The position numbers were made by a program, and so were the translations under genes. Under the pieces are notes generated by a model. That model was given only the letters and a program-made list of their open reading frames with translations, was not told the origin of the DNA and did not search any database. 64,000 bases of DNA from Octopus vulgaris (Eukaryota): NCBI GenBank assembly GCA_951406725.2, contig OX597826.1, positions 18,352,001-18,416,000 of the forward strand, in the 5' to 3' direction. The first letter of the stretch is position 1. Every line of letters starts with the position of its first letter. Positions 13,640 to 28,342 of this stretch are shown piece by piece.

Positions 13640-14390
13640 GCAAGGCACTAGGTATCTTGGTCCTTTGTCATCTTATCCGAAAGTTCAGCATTCTGAGGTC
13701 ATCCTTCAGTACTTCATTCCATGTCTTCCTGGGTCTCCCTCCTCCATGAATTCCATCCATTATGAGTGATCAGCACTTCTTTATGGAACTGTCAGCATCC
13801 ATCCACATCACATGACCAAACCAGCACAGTTTTCTCTCTTGCACACTCCACTGAATTCCTCTTATGCTTAACTTCTCTCTCAATACACTAACACTCTGTC
13901 ACACACATACACTTACATTACACATCCGGTGGATCACACTAGCTTCATTCTTCTCTAGCCTTTACATGTCCTCTGCATTCAGGGCCCATGTCTCACTACC
14001 CTGTAGAATTGCTGTTAGTATGCATGCATCATACAATCTTCTTTTCACTCTAAAGTTGTCAACAGAGTTAAGAACTCTCTGAATTTTCTCCATTCTATTT
14101 TCATTCTAGCAATTACATTCTCTGTACATCTTCCCCTGCTACTAATTAGGTGCCCTAGGTAGCAGAAATTACTCACTACCTCGAAAGAGCCTCTGAGGCA
14201 TTTGAGAAAATCGATTTCCCAAGTATCTGTAGTTTTTATGGCTCCTGTGCACCTTCCACATACAAACACTACTTTCTCTGATAATTTTCTTATTATTCTA
14301 CTGCACCTCTTGTGTGTCCTTAACTTGCATTGGGTACACCACATAGAATTCCCCCATACACCTTTCCTACAAATTGAACAGGACCAGGCT
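13640..14390 (-). mobile_element. RTE-clade LINE 3' fragment with PHD finger
   Basis: ORF 14045-14344(-) CTQCKLRTHKRC...FVCGRC...FCYLGHLISSRG...ARMKIEWRKFRE, followed by GSETW-like and GRPRKTW C-terminal sequence. Confidence 0.8.
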
Positions 14391-14508
14391 AGACTAAACT
14401 ATATCCTAGGCACTGGATTGTTATCTATAATTAATTTTTGAAAGCATAATCTACCCAAATGTTACCTTACTTGCCAATATATGTTCTGCTATTACAGCAT
14501 TTACTTAC

Positions 14509-14634
14509 CAATGCACTGGGACTTGTCTTCACTAAGAACAAAACTCTTTTTACATTTGCAGTAGTAGGATCCAACAGTATTAAAACATTTCCCACCACTG
14601 CAGGCTTTCCTATAACGTTCACATTCATTTAGAT
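14509..14634 (-). CDS. Calcium-binding EGF exon (3rd of 4)
   Basis: Minus strand: tttttgtag|AT CTA AAT GAA TGT ... TGC ATT G|gtaagt; 126 nt, phase 1-1. Encodes (D)LNECERYRKACSGGKCFNTVGSYYCKCKKSFVLSEDKSQCI. Confidence 0.93.
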
Positions 14635-15559
14635 CTACAAAAACAAATAAAAAAGAAATAATCAATATGCATGTGTGTATACCTACCTTCCTACATACAC
14701 GCAGGCATGCATATACATATATAACAGCAGTGTATATATTTTGAGATTTATTATATACAAGTAAACTTCTGACACAAGTGAATGTGATACTATAGTTGGT
14801 ATTTAAAGGAGACAATTTTTTCAAGTTTTCTACAATGAACTAAAAAAGAGAAAAATATGAATAACTTTGTGTACAATATTTTCTTTATATGTTAGATAGT
14901 TTAAATTCCTACTTTTATGAAAAATGCACCAAACAAATAAAAATTTAATTTGAAAGGATCTTGAATTGAAATAGATACCATTTTTCCTGACCTTTTACAC
15001 CAAGGTATTATTGTTATGGTTATTTCTTACAATTTTGCTGTAGTGACATGATCAGAGTAACAAACAGCTTCAGATTTACAAAGAAGGAAAGAATTGTTTT
15101 ATAACAACCACACCAAAATGAAGCTTAAATGGAAGGAAGTAAAATGAATCCATTTAATGATATCTGATCATGTAAGGCAGTGAGCTGCTGGAATCATTAG
15201 CTTGTTGGCCAAAATGTTCAGAGGCATTTCATCCGTTTTTACATTCTGAGTTCAAATTCCACTGAGGTCTTTCATCCTTTCAGAGTTAATCAAATAAGTA
15301 CCAATTGAGCACTGGGGTTGATTTAATTGACTAAACCTCTCCCCCAAAATTGCTGGCCTTGTGTCAAAATTTGAAACCATTATGTCACTATTATACTTTA
15401 AGTATGGCATGACAATAACAATATCTTATTTTTCCTCTGCATTAAATCTAAAGTCTAGTTCCCATATATTAAAAAATATTGTCAATATTCATTTAAATCA
15501 GATTTTAAGTTAGAAACTTCTGTGTCATGGATATGTGATAAAATTAAAATTTTCTGATG

Positions 15560-16250
15560 ACCTCAATCAACAATGATAACCATCACATTTCTCCAGCTTT
15601 TGCTCAACATTAACAGTTGCCAGACAAATCACTGAGACCCACTTTAATTTCAGATAATCCCTTTCAATCTGTCCTTTCAGGTTCTACTAAAGACCTTAGT
15701 TTATATGTCTAGTTTGTAGGAGTCTTGCAACATGGCCCAAAAGCATTTGCAATCAAATATATCAAGTTTGCTCTATTGATGAGTTTGCAGATGCCATGTC
15801 TCAGTGCTAGCAAAGACATTTGTATTGCCTGAGAGTTTACTACTATCCCATATCTTGAGCAGTCAATTGAACACAGCTGAAACTTTCCCCATTTTTTGTT
15901 GAGGTTTATGAAGCTTCCAAGGTAGTTGAAGCTTCTCTTTCACTTTGATTCATGTTCTGCCAACTGCTTTAGCCAACTGCATTTGTCTTTCTACTAACTT
16001 TATGTTAGAGGTATAGATTTAATCTGTAGCCTGGTTTAAGACCACTGCTTGACCATTAAGTATCGTTAGTGCAGTCCACTTTGTTGCAAGTATTTGAACA
16101 AGATCTCCAGTTTGGCGACAATCCACCAATCTTAGAGACTCTGCAAAAATATTATTGGTATTAACCCTCCCCCTCAAAGTAGGTTCTAGAAAATAACTCT
16201 CAAGGTGTTTCCCCAGTCTGATCACAGTCAAATGACTGAAACTAGTGGAA
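15560..16250 (-). mobile_element. Old RTE-like LINE fragment
   Basis: Minus frames give SFNYLGSFIN and ASTETWHL...KLDIFDCKCF. Confidence 0.5.
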
Positions 16251-16643
16251 AACACAGATGTTTAACCCTTTAGCTTTTAAACTGGTTGCATCTGACCCAA
16301 ATACTCTACCTGTTTTATGTACAAACCAGCCAGATCTTGCTTGTCATACTTATCCTATAATGTCATTCTAAAAAATAAACAATCACATCCATGAAATCTC
16401 AAAGCTACACAATAATGCATGAGTAATTCAAAATAATGTGAGTAAAAGAAGCATTACATTTGACAGAATAATCTGAATGCTAAAGGCTTGATCCAGAATT
16501 ATAACAACTAACATTTTATGTAACTATTTTTAAGAGTCTAAATTAACAAAAAAAAAAAGATGGGCTACTCTTTTATATTGATTTTTTCATTTTTTTAGCT
16601 ATCTCTGCAAAGAGTGAAGCTGATTCTCAAGAAAGTCACTTAC

Positions 16644-16769
16644 CTTCACAGGAATGTCGATCTGCTGCTAATTTGTAACCTTTTCTCTCACAACGACACT
16701 TATATGAGCCATGTATATTTTCACATCTGTCAGAACAGCCACCATTATTGATGGAACATTCATCAAAGT
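16644..16769 (-). CDS. Calcium-binding EGF exon (2nd of 4); absent from the ORF track
   Basis: Minus strand: tttttcctccaag|AC TTT GAT GAA TGT ... TCC TGT GAA G|gtaagtg; 126 nt, phase 1-1. Encodes (D)[41 protein letters not shown]. Confidence 0.93.
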
Positions 16770-17086
16770 CTTGGAGGAAAAAACAACAGTGAAAGAAAAA
16801 GACAAAGATCAGATATTATTGGAAGCAATATAACTAAAGATTGTTAGTACAAGTCTCAATCCATCTTTCAAAATTGTCAAAGCAATTAACATTAGTTAAT
16901 CAGTTGGAAAATTGAAGGTTAATCAAAAAGACACAAGAAATAGTGATGACACTAGATCATAGAGCAGAATCGTCTTACACGTAATCATATCTTTAACATT
17001 TTAGTTTCTAATTAAAGTGAGTTTTTAATCAGACATGGCTGGGAAAAATAAACATTTAGTGCATATAATTAGAGTAAAATATAACT

Positions 17087-17134
<48 letters not shown>

Positions 17135-17920
17135 ATTTGTGTGACTGTGTGTGTGTATGTTGTCTAAGTATGTGTGGTGCTGTACGCATGCGCATGCTTT
17201 CAGGAGAATGAGACAAAGCTGCTTTTTCAAGACAAACTTTTCAATAAGTTTTCTTATTTTCAGAAATGATTTAATAATAGATTTAATATAATTTATTGAA
17301 CTTTATGTCACATCAGGCAATGATATACAGATAACTTATATGTTATCGTAAAAAACAGTGATATATTGATAATTGAAGCAGCGATAACTATGTTATTGTA
17401 TCAAGTAGGGATATATATATATATATATTCTGGTATTGTATTTAGTAGAGATATAGAGGTAACAAATATCACATTAAGCATTGATATATACCGAGTAAGT
17501 GTTGTTATATTAAACAGATATATTCAGATAACTAGATATTATAATAAGCAGTGACATATAAATAACTTAATAAATATTAAGCAGTGAAATAAAGGGAGAG
17601 AAAAAGAGAGAGAGGGGGGGATGAGACATACAGACAGACAGAAGACAGAGTGGAGTAGATAGATAGATAGATAGATAGGTTAAACAGTTAAATATAGATA
17701 ACTTGTTCTCATATCAGTAAGTATTTGAGAGTGTTTCTATGGCATGCCTCATTTGTACCACAGGCATCCCTCTTATAACAATAAGTTCTGTTATTGAATT
17801 CTGCACTCACATATATTGTAAAGTATAACCACTAATTTTAAAATACAGTCTGCAATTTTGTCATGATGTTCAGGAAAATTTTAACAATTATAAAAACCAA
17901 AATCATGATGGATATATATA

Positions 17921-19180
17921 CACAGCCATGACACAAGTAAATAGACATCCATAAAACATTGTTTTATGTTTACTTTATCTTGTAAAGATTTATATATTTT
18001 TTTATTAATTGACATTTTTATGTTTCAGGTTCAATATGTGACTGTTTAATCATATCACACACAAAAGAAACCTTGGGACTGTCTGAATTTCAAAGAGGCT
18101 ATATTGTGGGTCACTTTGAAGGTGGACATAGTCAGCATAAGATTGCAGAAAATCTTGGGATCCTGCTTTCTACAGTTAATAGAGTGATTGTGTAATTCAC
18201 CAGAGAGGGGAAGGAGTCTACATCACCTCACCCAGATCAATTGGGGCCTTCTGACAGGACCCTTCTCTTTGTTAAGAGAAGTGTGGAGAATAATCCTCAT
18301 TGCAAGGCCTCTGACATAGCAGAGCAAGTTGATGTCAATCCGAGAACAGCTGTCAGGTATCTCCACAAACTTAGTTACTATGGCAGAGCAGCAAGAAGTA
18401 AGCCACTTCTTTGACTAGCCATTATCAAGCAGAGAAAAGATTGGGTCAGTGAGATGGTGGCAGGACCACTAGCATATTGTGACACTCTGTCATATTCTCC
18501 AATGAGTCCAGATTTGCTGTATTTCCTGACTGTGATCAAGTGTGGGTCTGAAGTCTCTGTGATCAAGGATTTGATTTGAAAAGATTGCAGCCAACAATGA
18601 AACATGGCAGCTATTCTGTGATGGTCTGCAGAGCAATTTGGAGCAATGGTCACTCAGAGCTGGTGGAGTGTGAGGGAAACATAAAATCAGATAAATATGT
18701 GTCCATATTGCAGAAAGGACTCCTTCCAATCTTCTCCAGTGGTAAAATTATTAAAGAAGGCTCTTTATTTATGGAAGATGGGGCTCCTTGCCACATAGCT
18801 AAAATAACTCAAGATTGGTTGGATGAGAATGGCATTAAAAAGCTTCCATGGCCAAATCAGTCACCAGATATGAACCCTATTGAACACCTCTGGAACATAA
18901 TGGACAAGACACTTCATAAAAATAACAAGAAAGCATCTTCAAAGCCAGATCTTTTGAGATTACTGCATGAAACTTGGCCAGAAATTCCTCAAGAGAATAT
19001 TCGTCATCCGATCAGTAACATGCCTAATAGGGTCCTTGCATTGAAAAATGCAAAGGGCATGTCCACTAAATATTAAATATTCACATTATAATGATTAATA
19101 AATAATTTGAATGTATAATTTCAGATTTAAATAAATTTTAACGATTATAATAGTGTCAATTTACTTCTGCCATGTCTGTG
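17921..19180 (+). mobile_element. Full-length but inactivated Tc1-like DD34E transposon
   Basis: ~28-bp TIRs (CACAGCCATGACACAAGTAAATAGACA / rc CACAGACATGGCAGAAGTAAATTGACA) with TA flanks. ORF 18576-19076 has MEDGAPCH...[15 protein letters not shown] with D-x34-E; the HTH region upstream has stops and frameshifts. Confidence 0.92.
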
Positions 19181-19557
19181 TATATTTTAAACCACACCAC
19201 CATCTATACATTACCTTCTCCACCCCAGCAATTCAGATGAGGTTGTTTATCATTGATCTCAATATTCTTGCAACCATTTACTCATTCCCTCCATGCCACC
19301 TCCTCACCTTGTTTGTGTATGCATAAATTCAACTCTCCTGGATTTGTTAGGAAATTTTATGAAACACTACGTCCTTCCCATTTGACACTTTCACTCATTT
19401 CATTTTATCAAACTGTCCAACCCATGCAAGCATTGAAAATGGACAGTAAATGATGACAATGAGGATTTTGTGAACCAAAGTAATACAAGAACTACTTTTT
19501 GCCAAAGCAGATCATCATGTCCTCCTAGGATTCCAATATTTAACTATTCATGTTTAA

Positions 19558-19774
19558 CCCCTTCGTGTTTGAACCAGCCACATCTGGCCAAAATATTTTA
19601 CCTGCTTTATATTCAAACTGGCCAGATCTGGTTCCTTACACCTATCATACAATGTCAATCTAAAAATAAATTACTCCATCAAAATCTTGAAGATATGGGA
19701 TAATGCATGATTAATTCAAAACACTGTGAATAAATAAGCATTACATCTAACAGAATAATCTGAATTCTAAAGGG
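19558..19774. mobile_element. piggyBac-type MITE (other copies at 16266-16487 and, partial, 60580-60730)
   Basis: TTAA-CCC...AAAGGG-TTAA ends; shared internal sequence among three copies. Confidence 0.7.
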
Positions 19775-19805
19775 TTAAAGTTTATCATATTACCCTTATT
19801 CAAGA

Positions 19806-20310
19806 TGTCTGAAAACGGTCACCAAGTGGAAGTGAATGCAGCAATGCAAAAAGGACTGATAAAGGAATGACATCAAATGTTAAATTTGATATTTGACAAT
19901 GGTTTGATGTTGTAGAAAACCTCAGCCATATTGCAAAAATATTAACGCTTGCAATGTTTACTGAAAATAGAGATAAAATTTAGGTCAAGTGGCCAAGCAG
20001 GGAATCAGTAAAGTGGCCTGGACTTTTTTTCTTTTAAATCTGAAATGATGCCTTAAAATGGAACACCTCCCAAGTGTGTTATTCAAGACTAAATTTGCTG
20101 ATAAATACAAGTCATTCAGGTGAAAGCTGAGTTTGTATGAGAATTTAAGGAAAGCTGAAAGGGCTATCAAGCGCTAATCTGAAAAATTTAAGGACAACTT
20201 TAAAATGACAAGTGAAGCTGCTATTAATTCTCCGAAGGATTTGAAGAAAATTTGTTGCTGATGAGGACTATACACCAGAACAAGCATAAAATGTTGAAGA
20301 ACCTGTCTCC
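19806..20310 (+). mobile_element. Degenerate pogo/Tigger transposase fragment
   Basis: KRTDKGMTSNVKFDI*QWFDVVENLSHIAKIL (psq-HTH-like) and NFKMTSEAA...KDLKK/IVADEDYTPEQA*NVEE (compare GYxxEQIFNADET). Confidence 0.5.
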
Positions 20311-21179
20311 CCAGACTTAATGAAGAAAAATCATCATCAGGTTTTCCCAAAATCACCTCAAACTTCTTGTAGGAGGAAGTGCTGTTGGTGCTATGAAGTT
20401 CTGAAATGTGTATCGCTCCCAAAATTATGTTATGTTCAATCTTCCTGCAATTTGGCATTCAAATAGGAAAGTGAGTTTCCTGTTAGGACAAACTTTTCAG
20501 GAACATGAAATCTTGTTGAGTGAAGAATGCTTGCAGCTGCTTTTTAAAAGAGTTATGAAAAAGATTCAGGTTGAGAAATTTGTAAGTGGTTACTTATTAG
20601 GAATAGTTTGGTTCTTTGGTTTCAGAATGTGAAATTCTTTTATTCTATATTCTCTATGTAGATGGTCAATATTAAGATTACATTCAGAAAATTATTCAAT
20701 TTTTAATGAGGAATTTTGAAAAGAAAAAATTATTTTCTAATCACATAACCATTATTAATGACTCATATTTGACAAAATATTTTCTTTTTTTAATTTTCTT
20801 ATCAGCAATAATTAATATAATAATGTATATTGATTTTTCACTAAATTACTGTAACTATTATATTTCATTGACATATTTAATTCCTGGTATAAATCTTGAT
20901 CTCTACTTTAATATATTTATTGTTATTTGGGGAGAAAGGCTGAAGAACATGCCAAGATCAGTGAGATATGATGTTTAGGTTAACTTCAATTGATGTTTAA
21001 TTCGAATTCTTTAAGGTTCATTTTTAGTAGGGAGATATTTGTGGAGATAATATGTAGCATACAAGTGTATGTCAAACAAGAAAGTATCAAAAAACAGGTT
21101 AAGTATGTCCTTCCTGGTCAGGTCATTCAATTTATAGCTACGTAATATATTGATAAGTGTATAACTACTGTACAAGTCA

Positions 21180-23560
21180 GTCAGTGTGTAGCCCTTGTGT
21201 ATGACGAAGGAGAGTTCAGCACAACAGAAGGAAGAGACAACTGGCATTAGGAAGCTGCTACCAGCAAAAGGAAAGTAGGGACCTCTAATCTTAACGGGCT
21301 CCTTCTTCTTAGCCTCTGATAATAACAAACACTTTTCCTCACCAACACTGATTTAAAAGCATGTGGTTGCATCCATGCACCAGACATTGATACTTTCTGA
21401 ATTATGTCAAGATCAAGCAATAAGATAAAAGATATGTTCTTGTCACCAGAACAGCTTTTATTGCTGATGATTGTCGAACAGATCCCCATCTTGTCATCAC
21501 AAGCACAAAGATTAGCATTCTGGACAAACCATGAAACCAACACTCATTACCAGCTCAAAGAAAATATGACATTTCAAAACTTGAAAGCTTAGTAATCAGA
21601 GACAAATATGAAATTATGAAATATCATTGATGGGACAGCAAAAAGGGCCATTAGTTTAACCAAATAGAAGTTCCAAGTTCAGTTTAACAATGACAACAAT
21701 GAAGTTCCTTAAAAAGAATTACAATCAAACATTCAAACACCAATGCCAAATCAAACTCATGGAAATACAAAACCATTAGTATTACAGAAAGCAATGGTAC
21801 TTAGAAACTATTCTGATGTATGCTAGCTAAGAAACTTCTTTGGAAGAACAAGGCAAATGTTTTGTCAGTGGGTTACTTTCTAGCTGCAGACAGCACCAAC
21901 ATCATAACAGAAAGAAAAGCTAATCTCTGATCCTGGAGGGAACATTTTCCTCTCATTGCTGAATCAGAAATGAACAACAGGCGTAGATTCCTTCAGAGAC
22001 ATCCCACATTGTCACAAACAGCAGCAGCAGTGAATGAAAGTACAACTATCATTTTAAAATGAACAGCATGAAGCCTCCAGAACCAGAAACATTTTTCTTG
22101 AATTACTAAAATGTGGCAGACCTTTCAAAACCAGGCTTTTCACTCAAAAGATTTATGAAACTCAAACAAATTTTAAAATGCAGTTATTATCACCTTGAAG
22201 AAAGATCAAAAATCTTGTGTGAATTATTGTGGAAGCATTGCTCTCCATCACAAGAAAATTATTTGCAAAAATCCTTCCAAATCATTTCCAGATCATTGAA
22301 GAGAAGGTTCTTCCAAAATCTCAATGTGATTTTTGAGCCTCCCACAATACAATTAACATAATTTTGAGTGCAAGGCAACTGCAAGGGAAGGCAGAAAATA
22401 ACATAAACCATACTTCTTGTCTTCTATGACTCTGACGGTGTACCAAGAAAGACCATATGGATGGTTCTTCAACCTTTTTGACTACCCAAACCACTTCACC
22501 TCATCGATTCAATCCCTGCATGATAAGTATAACAGGTTGTGTTTCGCATAAAAATAAAATTTCTGAACAATTCCCAGTTATATGTAAATTGAAATACACA
22601 TTTTTTACATACACTTATATATTCATTGTTGGTGCTTGTTGAACTTCTGAACAGTTCAGGTGTTGATATCAGATTATGTGTTGAAGGTAAACATTTTAAA
22701 TATAACCAGATTTCAATTTCTCAACTTTCTAACATCCAACACTTCTCAGGGCTTCAACACAGAACTGACAAAACAGCATGATGTCACTCACGTCAGGAAC
22801 TCCAGAAATCAGTCAAAAACTTCACTGATACATATGATTGTTTTGACCTAAGCGAATATTAAGAATCCTTGTCCAACTTTCTCCAAGATTAATCTCCTTG
22901 ATTTTAACATCACCATCTTCAGTACACCTCTCAACCAAGTAGGCCACTTTCCCTATGTTGGAAGTTTTCTTTCTAACAAATATAGTTCTGAAAAGGATGT
23001 GGAAGATGGAACTGAACCGTCTTGATTCAGTAATTAGAGAACTAGTAAATCAAAGTTCTATTCAATAAAATTGATGCTTGTCAAGCTATCATTTCAATAT
23101 TATTATACAGTCATGAATCATGAATTTTATTGCTGGAACAAAACATCAAAAACCAGAAGAGGACTACATAAGCTAATAAGGATGTCCTAGAAAAAGCCAG
23201 CTGTCAAATCATAGAATTTACCTCATAGAATATTGGTTAGAAGGATCAGAGCATGTGGTTAGAATGAAATAAAAGAAATTTTCTCATCTCATTACAAAGA
23301 CAAATTAAAAATCAACCCCTAAAATGTCCGGAGTTGAGAGAAAAAAGTGGGATACTGAAGCCCAGGACTGTTCCAACTTGTATCACTCTGTTACCATGAC
23401 AACTGACTGTTTTGAAGTCAAAAGAAAAAGAAAAGCTGAAGATCCAACAGCAGCTACTCTCTCCATTAATTCTTTCAGACCATCTTTGGTCCTGCTTGTT
23501 TTGCATGAGTATTGGACTTCTCAATCTTCAGTACTTTCAACAGAATCATGAGGAAACTGA
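21180..23560 (+). mobile_element. Old, fragmented RTE-like LINE (APE endonuclease to C-terminus)
   Basis: GTSNLNGLLLLSL, LTNT, HPCTRH*YFLNYV and DCRTD (APE motifs); HFPYVGS thumb near 22945; KKWDTEAQD...KRKRK C-terminus. Confidence 0.55.
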
Positions 23561-26070
23561 AATTTTCTCTTTATTGAAAGAGGCAATTCTCAGGAACTTT
23601 GACTAATAGAGTTGTTGGTCAAACAACAATAACTACAGGGAACTCACAGTCAAATGCTTGCTCTGATAAAAATAGTAATAAAATTTCCCTCGCATTACAT
23701 GGTCATCTTAAACAAAAAATGTCGCATTAGACGTACTTCTGCATGCTACTAAAACCTTGGCATTATCACGGCTAAAATGTCTGAAGTTTGCTCAATCAGA
23801 ATTCACTTGGAGTCTATCAACCACAAAAACATGGGAGATGATTCCAAAATGCCACACAGGAGATAGAATGGTTGACTAAAGTATTTAGTAAGGATCTGGG
23901 GTAAGACAAAGTCAGAATAAAAAGAGAAGGAGAGGCGAGTGTGTAGAACACTCCACAAGTTACTAGTCATTGTTGTTGTTAATTAGTTCCAAGTCAGCCC
24001 TGATCATACATAACTATGTCACATAGATAATTAGTTCAGTGATTAGCTACGATCCACAGATTTGGTATTCTGTTTTGTTAGGTAGTTAGTTTATGGGAGA
24101 AGTAGAGATGTAAAAAAGAAAGCTTAGTCAATGTAAATAATGGTTTCAATATCTGGCACAAGGCCAGCAATTTCAGAGGAATGGGTAAGTCAATTACATT
24201 GACCCCAGTACTCGACTGTTACTTAATTTATCGACTGCAAAAGGATGAAAGGCAAAGCCGACCTTGGTGGAATTTGAACTCAGAATGTAGAGACGGGCGA
24301 CATGCCACTAAGCATTTTGTCCTTTATGCTGATTCTGCTAGCTCACCGCTTTTGTCAAAGTAAATTATCCTTTCTACTATATGCACAAGGCCTTAAATTT
24401 TGGGGGAAGGAGCCAGTCGATTAGAACAACCCCAGTATGCAACTGGTACTTAATTTATCAACCCCAAAAGGATGAAAGGCAAAGTTGACCATGGCAGAAT
24501 TTGAACTCAGAACGTAGCAGCAGACAAAATACCACTAAGCATTTCACCCGGCATGCTAACGCTTCTGCCAGCTCACCACCTTATGTTAATGTGAATAATT
24601 ATAGCAACCTGAGAGAATACCAGGGGATTATGAAGACAATGATTTGCAGTGACTCTGAGGAATTTTGCTGTTTAGTTTCTATATAGGGAGGTAAAAATGT
24701 AAGATTATTTCCTTGGTACTGTTGAAAGAAGCTAAGTTATTATTTCCAAACTGGAAGAAGTTTACAATGTCTCACTTCATGAAAGGGATGCAAATATGCA
24801 GAGATATCAGGCTTGTATATGAATGTCAGCAGTGTGCAGAATGATAAAAGAGAGTGAAGGATAGCACTGTCTGTATTAGAATATTGTGCTTAAAATAACA
24901 ACAAGTAGGTCATTAATATTCTGGCAGAATGTGAGACAACTTGTCTCAGACACCTCCCCAACAAAAACAGAAAAAACAACAACACTTTTTGTCTTTTTAT
25001 GCAATAGTCAGAAGTGGAAAGGTACTTTTCACAATTTTCAGTGGGGTGTCAAGGACACCCACATAAAGAAAGAAGTTACCCTCAACCCAAATAAAGGCAT
25101 AGAAAATGGTTGCCAAAATAGTGATATGAGAATCACAAACTAAATACTTACTCTTGTTGCATTAAATATGTTAACACTACCATAAAAATATAAGCATGGA
25201 ATTTACTTTTGTTTCTAAAACATGACCAATATTTGAGAAAGAAAAGGTATTTTATGCGAAAGTAGAAATATATTTATAACTGATAGAAAGTTTCTTTTTT
25301 GTTACATTTATACTCTCCATTTTCATTGATAGGTGCAAAGACAATACTAATATAATAGACAAACCCTACCTCAAGCTACTAAATAAAGTTGCAGCACCAG
25401 CACATTACTTTAGTCATAGTCTTAATAAACCACAAGATACCTTAGAAAATTAACAAAAGTCAATTAGCCCTTTGTGAGCAATCAGTTTTTATTTGTTTCT
25501 CCCACTTTACACTGTCATTTTCCATTAACAATTGCTTGTTTCTGAATTTTTCTTCTCCTTTGGGGGTTTTAACACTTCGTATCTGAATATCTTCTTTTAT
25601 TACCCAACAAATATGTTTGTTTCCATACATCTTATCCTGGTTATTTAGTCTATATCTGATTCTATCTTATTTCGTTATTAATTTATTTCTTACCAAAATA
25701 ACGTGTATTTATCTAATATTTCAATTTCTGCAAATTGTTCGCTTTCTCTCTAGATTCTTCCACTATTTTCTTTAACTCTACCCCAATATAAAATTACTGT
25801 TAAAGTAGCAGTATTTAGTCAAGATAATCTAGAGAGATGTACTCATCAATCAATACAACATTTTACAGCAAAAAAAGTTCTCTTTTTAAAATAATGTCCA
25901 GAAAAATAAAGGAATTGGTCATGAAATGTTGTGAATGTTGCATTCATTAGAATTTAGTTCAGAGAGATTTCACTCTAAAATATTTAAATTATTTCAATAA
26001 GGCATTGGGGAGGTCTTCTATAAGGTATGAATGATTCTAATCGTATATTTTTGTTTTGTTTTGTTTTTTT

Positions 26071-26111
<41 letters not shown>

Positions 26112-26829
26112 GTGCTTTATGTTTGTCTTTCTACAAATGAACTGTAACATTCTCTCTGCAACAGTGTCAGGGATGTCCTATTTTTATCTTCTCTATTTCA
26201 GGTAAAATGCTCCAGTTTCACTGTCACCTGTAGTCTAGCTTAGTCACTCTTATCAACACCATTCCAGCCATAACCATTCCGTCCTTTATTCAGATGTAAA
26301 ATATCTAGGATTACAGAACCCAATATGTTCACTGTTTTAAGATGGAAAATATGACTTTGGGAGATGCTGCTACTATTTCTAGCAGGAGTGACCGTAAATG
26401 TTTCCATGTTTGATGGTAAGGCTTTGTTATCAGCCCATACAAAACAATATTGATCTGATATTTCTCTTATTGAACTTTTTTTTACAAATTACTGATTAAC
26501 TATTTGCTCTCTTTTAATGTAAGTATCAGATTAATTAGCTTTAGCTCTTGGGAGACTTTTATGTAGGTATTTAGTCCAGCTTGAAAACAACTTTGTAAAA
26601 AGTAACCAATCAAACTTCTTCCTTTAAACAGCAGCAAAGGAGAAGGAAGTCTCTCATTGATTGTAGCTCATATTGCCATCAAATTTTGGCATAAGGCCAG
26701 CCATTTCAGGGGAGGAGGTTAGTCGATTACAACAAGCCCAGTGCTCAACTGGTACTCTATTTTAGTGACCCTGAAAGGGTTGAAAGGTAAAGTTGACCTC
26801 AGTGGAATTTGAACTCAGGATGTAAACAT

Positions 26830-27310
26830 AGGAAGCAAATTTTCTTGAATGTTCAGAAAGTAGATTGATATCATCTATATTGAAGTGGGCATTGGTAAAG
26901 GTAACAGCAAGTAGGCCATTAATGTATTGAGGAAGGGTGTGACATAAAGCCAACCTGCAGGAGTATGTCAGAGATGACAGAGTGCAAGTGAGTGAGAGAT
27001 CTCTGTCAGCACACAATGCAATGTTACTATTTGACAGAAAGCCATTGATCCAAAGATGAGAGGAAGATGAAGTCTGTAAGCAGATAATTCTGCTAGGAGA
27101 TTTATAATGCCAGATATAGTCAAATGCTTTGTTGATGCCAAGTGCAGCAGCATTGTTTTCATCTAATTTCTTGATGATTAGAGTCCACTGATGAGTAACA
27201 TTGGAAAGCAGGTTTCCAGCAGATCTGGCTCAACAAAAGTTGTACTGTTGGCCATCAGGGAATGAGAGATTCAAGGTATTTGAAAATGTGGCTGTAAACA
27301 AAGCATGCAC
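26830..27310 (-). mobile_element. CR1/Jockey-group LINE RT fragment
   Basis: AALGINKAFDYIWH..NLLAELSAY, WINGFLSN and HTLPQYINGL (degenerate RT motifs). Confidence 0.55.
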
Positions 27311-28213
27311 TGCACTGAATTAGATGCAAAAAATGAAAGCAAATGCAGAGGCAGTTCTGCTTACATAACCATCATGGTTGGAGAGTAGAAGAAAGAAGTA
27401 TTCCTCAAAGTGGCTAAATATTCTTTGGGAAAAAATTCACATTCTCACATTGAATTCACTTATACAGATCTTTTCAAATGGTTTGTCATTCACAGTCATT
27501 GATATATATGATGCAAATATTAAAATATTGCACTCAGATATATTGTAATAATGTCATCAGATATTAGGGTATATCAAATAATTGGCTTTACTTGGATTCA
27601 TATTAAAAGATAATTCAAATTGTTACAGAAACACCACTGCAATATCTTTAGTCTCAGAGAAGATAGGATTTCCGAAGTAGGCACAAAACCAGGTATTTAT
27701 AGGATTGGTGAAATTATGTGATTTTTATATTCAGAAATGGTCTGTTAAAAGATGTGTGGGAAGAGAAATTGCAATCAAAACTGTTTTGCATACTTGATTC
27801 GCTGTGAAGATGCAATAATTCCAGTTAATTGATGTAACTCTGTTTGTATGCGATTATATTGAACAATTTTTTTTAACATCCTGAACCACAACAAAACACT
27901 GCAGGAGGGAGACTTTTATAAAGTTATTCAACACACTAGAAATAACAAGTAAATCTCCCTCAAATCACAACTTACCATTTAATAAAAAAATAAATAAATG
28001 AGGTATTGAATAATGAATGCATTCCTAAATAAACTACACCCAAATATGGAATCGTTATGGCTTGAAAATATTTAATCATAGATTTGCTTAATCAGAGTTG
28101 ACATAAGATGAAGCAATAACAACCATAATTTCTTCAGATAAAGAAAGGCTTGCAAGAAAGAAGACTGAGAAGCAGAGTTGATAGAAGAACAAAAAAAGAA
28201 TCGAGTTCCTTAC

Positions 28214-28342
28214 CATTACAAGAATGTGGATTCCTGCTATCTACATATCCAGCTACTGAACAGTTACATCTGTAAGATCCTGGAATGTTGATACAGCGCC
28301 CAGGACATGGTGTATTCTTTAAAGTTACACATTCATCAATGT
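28214..28342 (-). CDS. Calcium-binding EGF exon (1st of 4 in transcription order) of a multi-exon EGF-repeat extracellular protein
   Basis: Minus strand: tttcacag|AC ATT GAT GAA TGT ... TCT TGT AAT G|gtaag; 129 nt, phase 1-1. Encodes (D)IDECVTLKNTPCPGRCINIPGSYRCNCSVAGYVDSRNPHSCN: six Cys, DxDEC start and CxNxxGSYxC hydroxylation consensus. Confidence 0.93.
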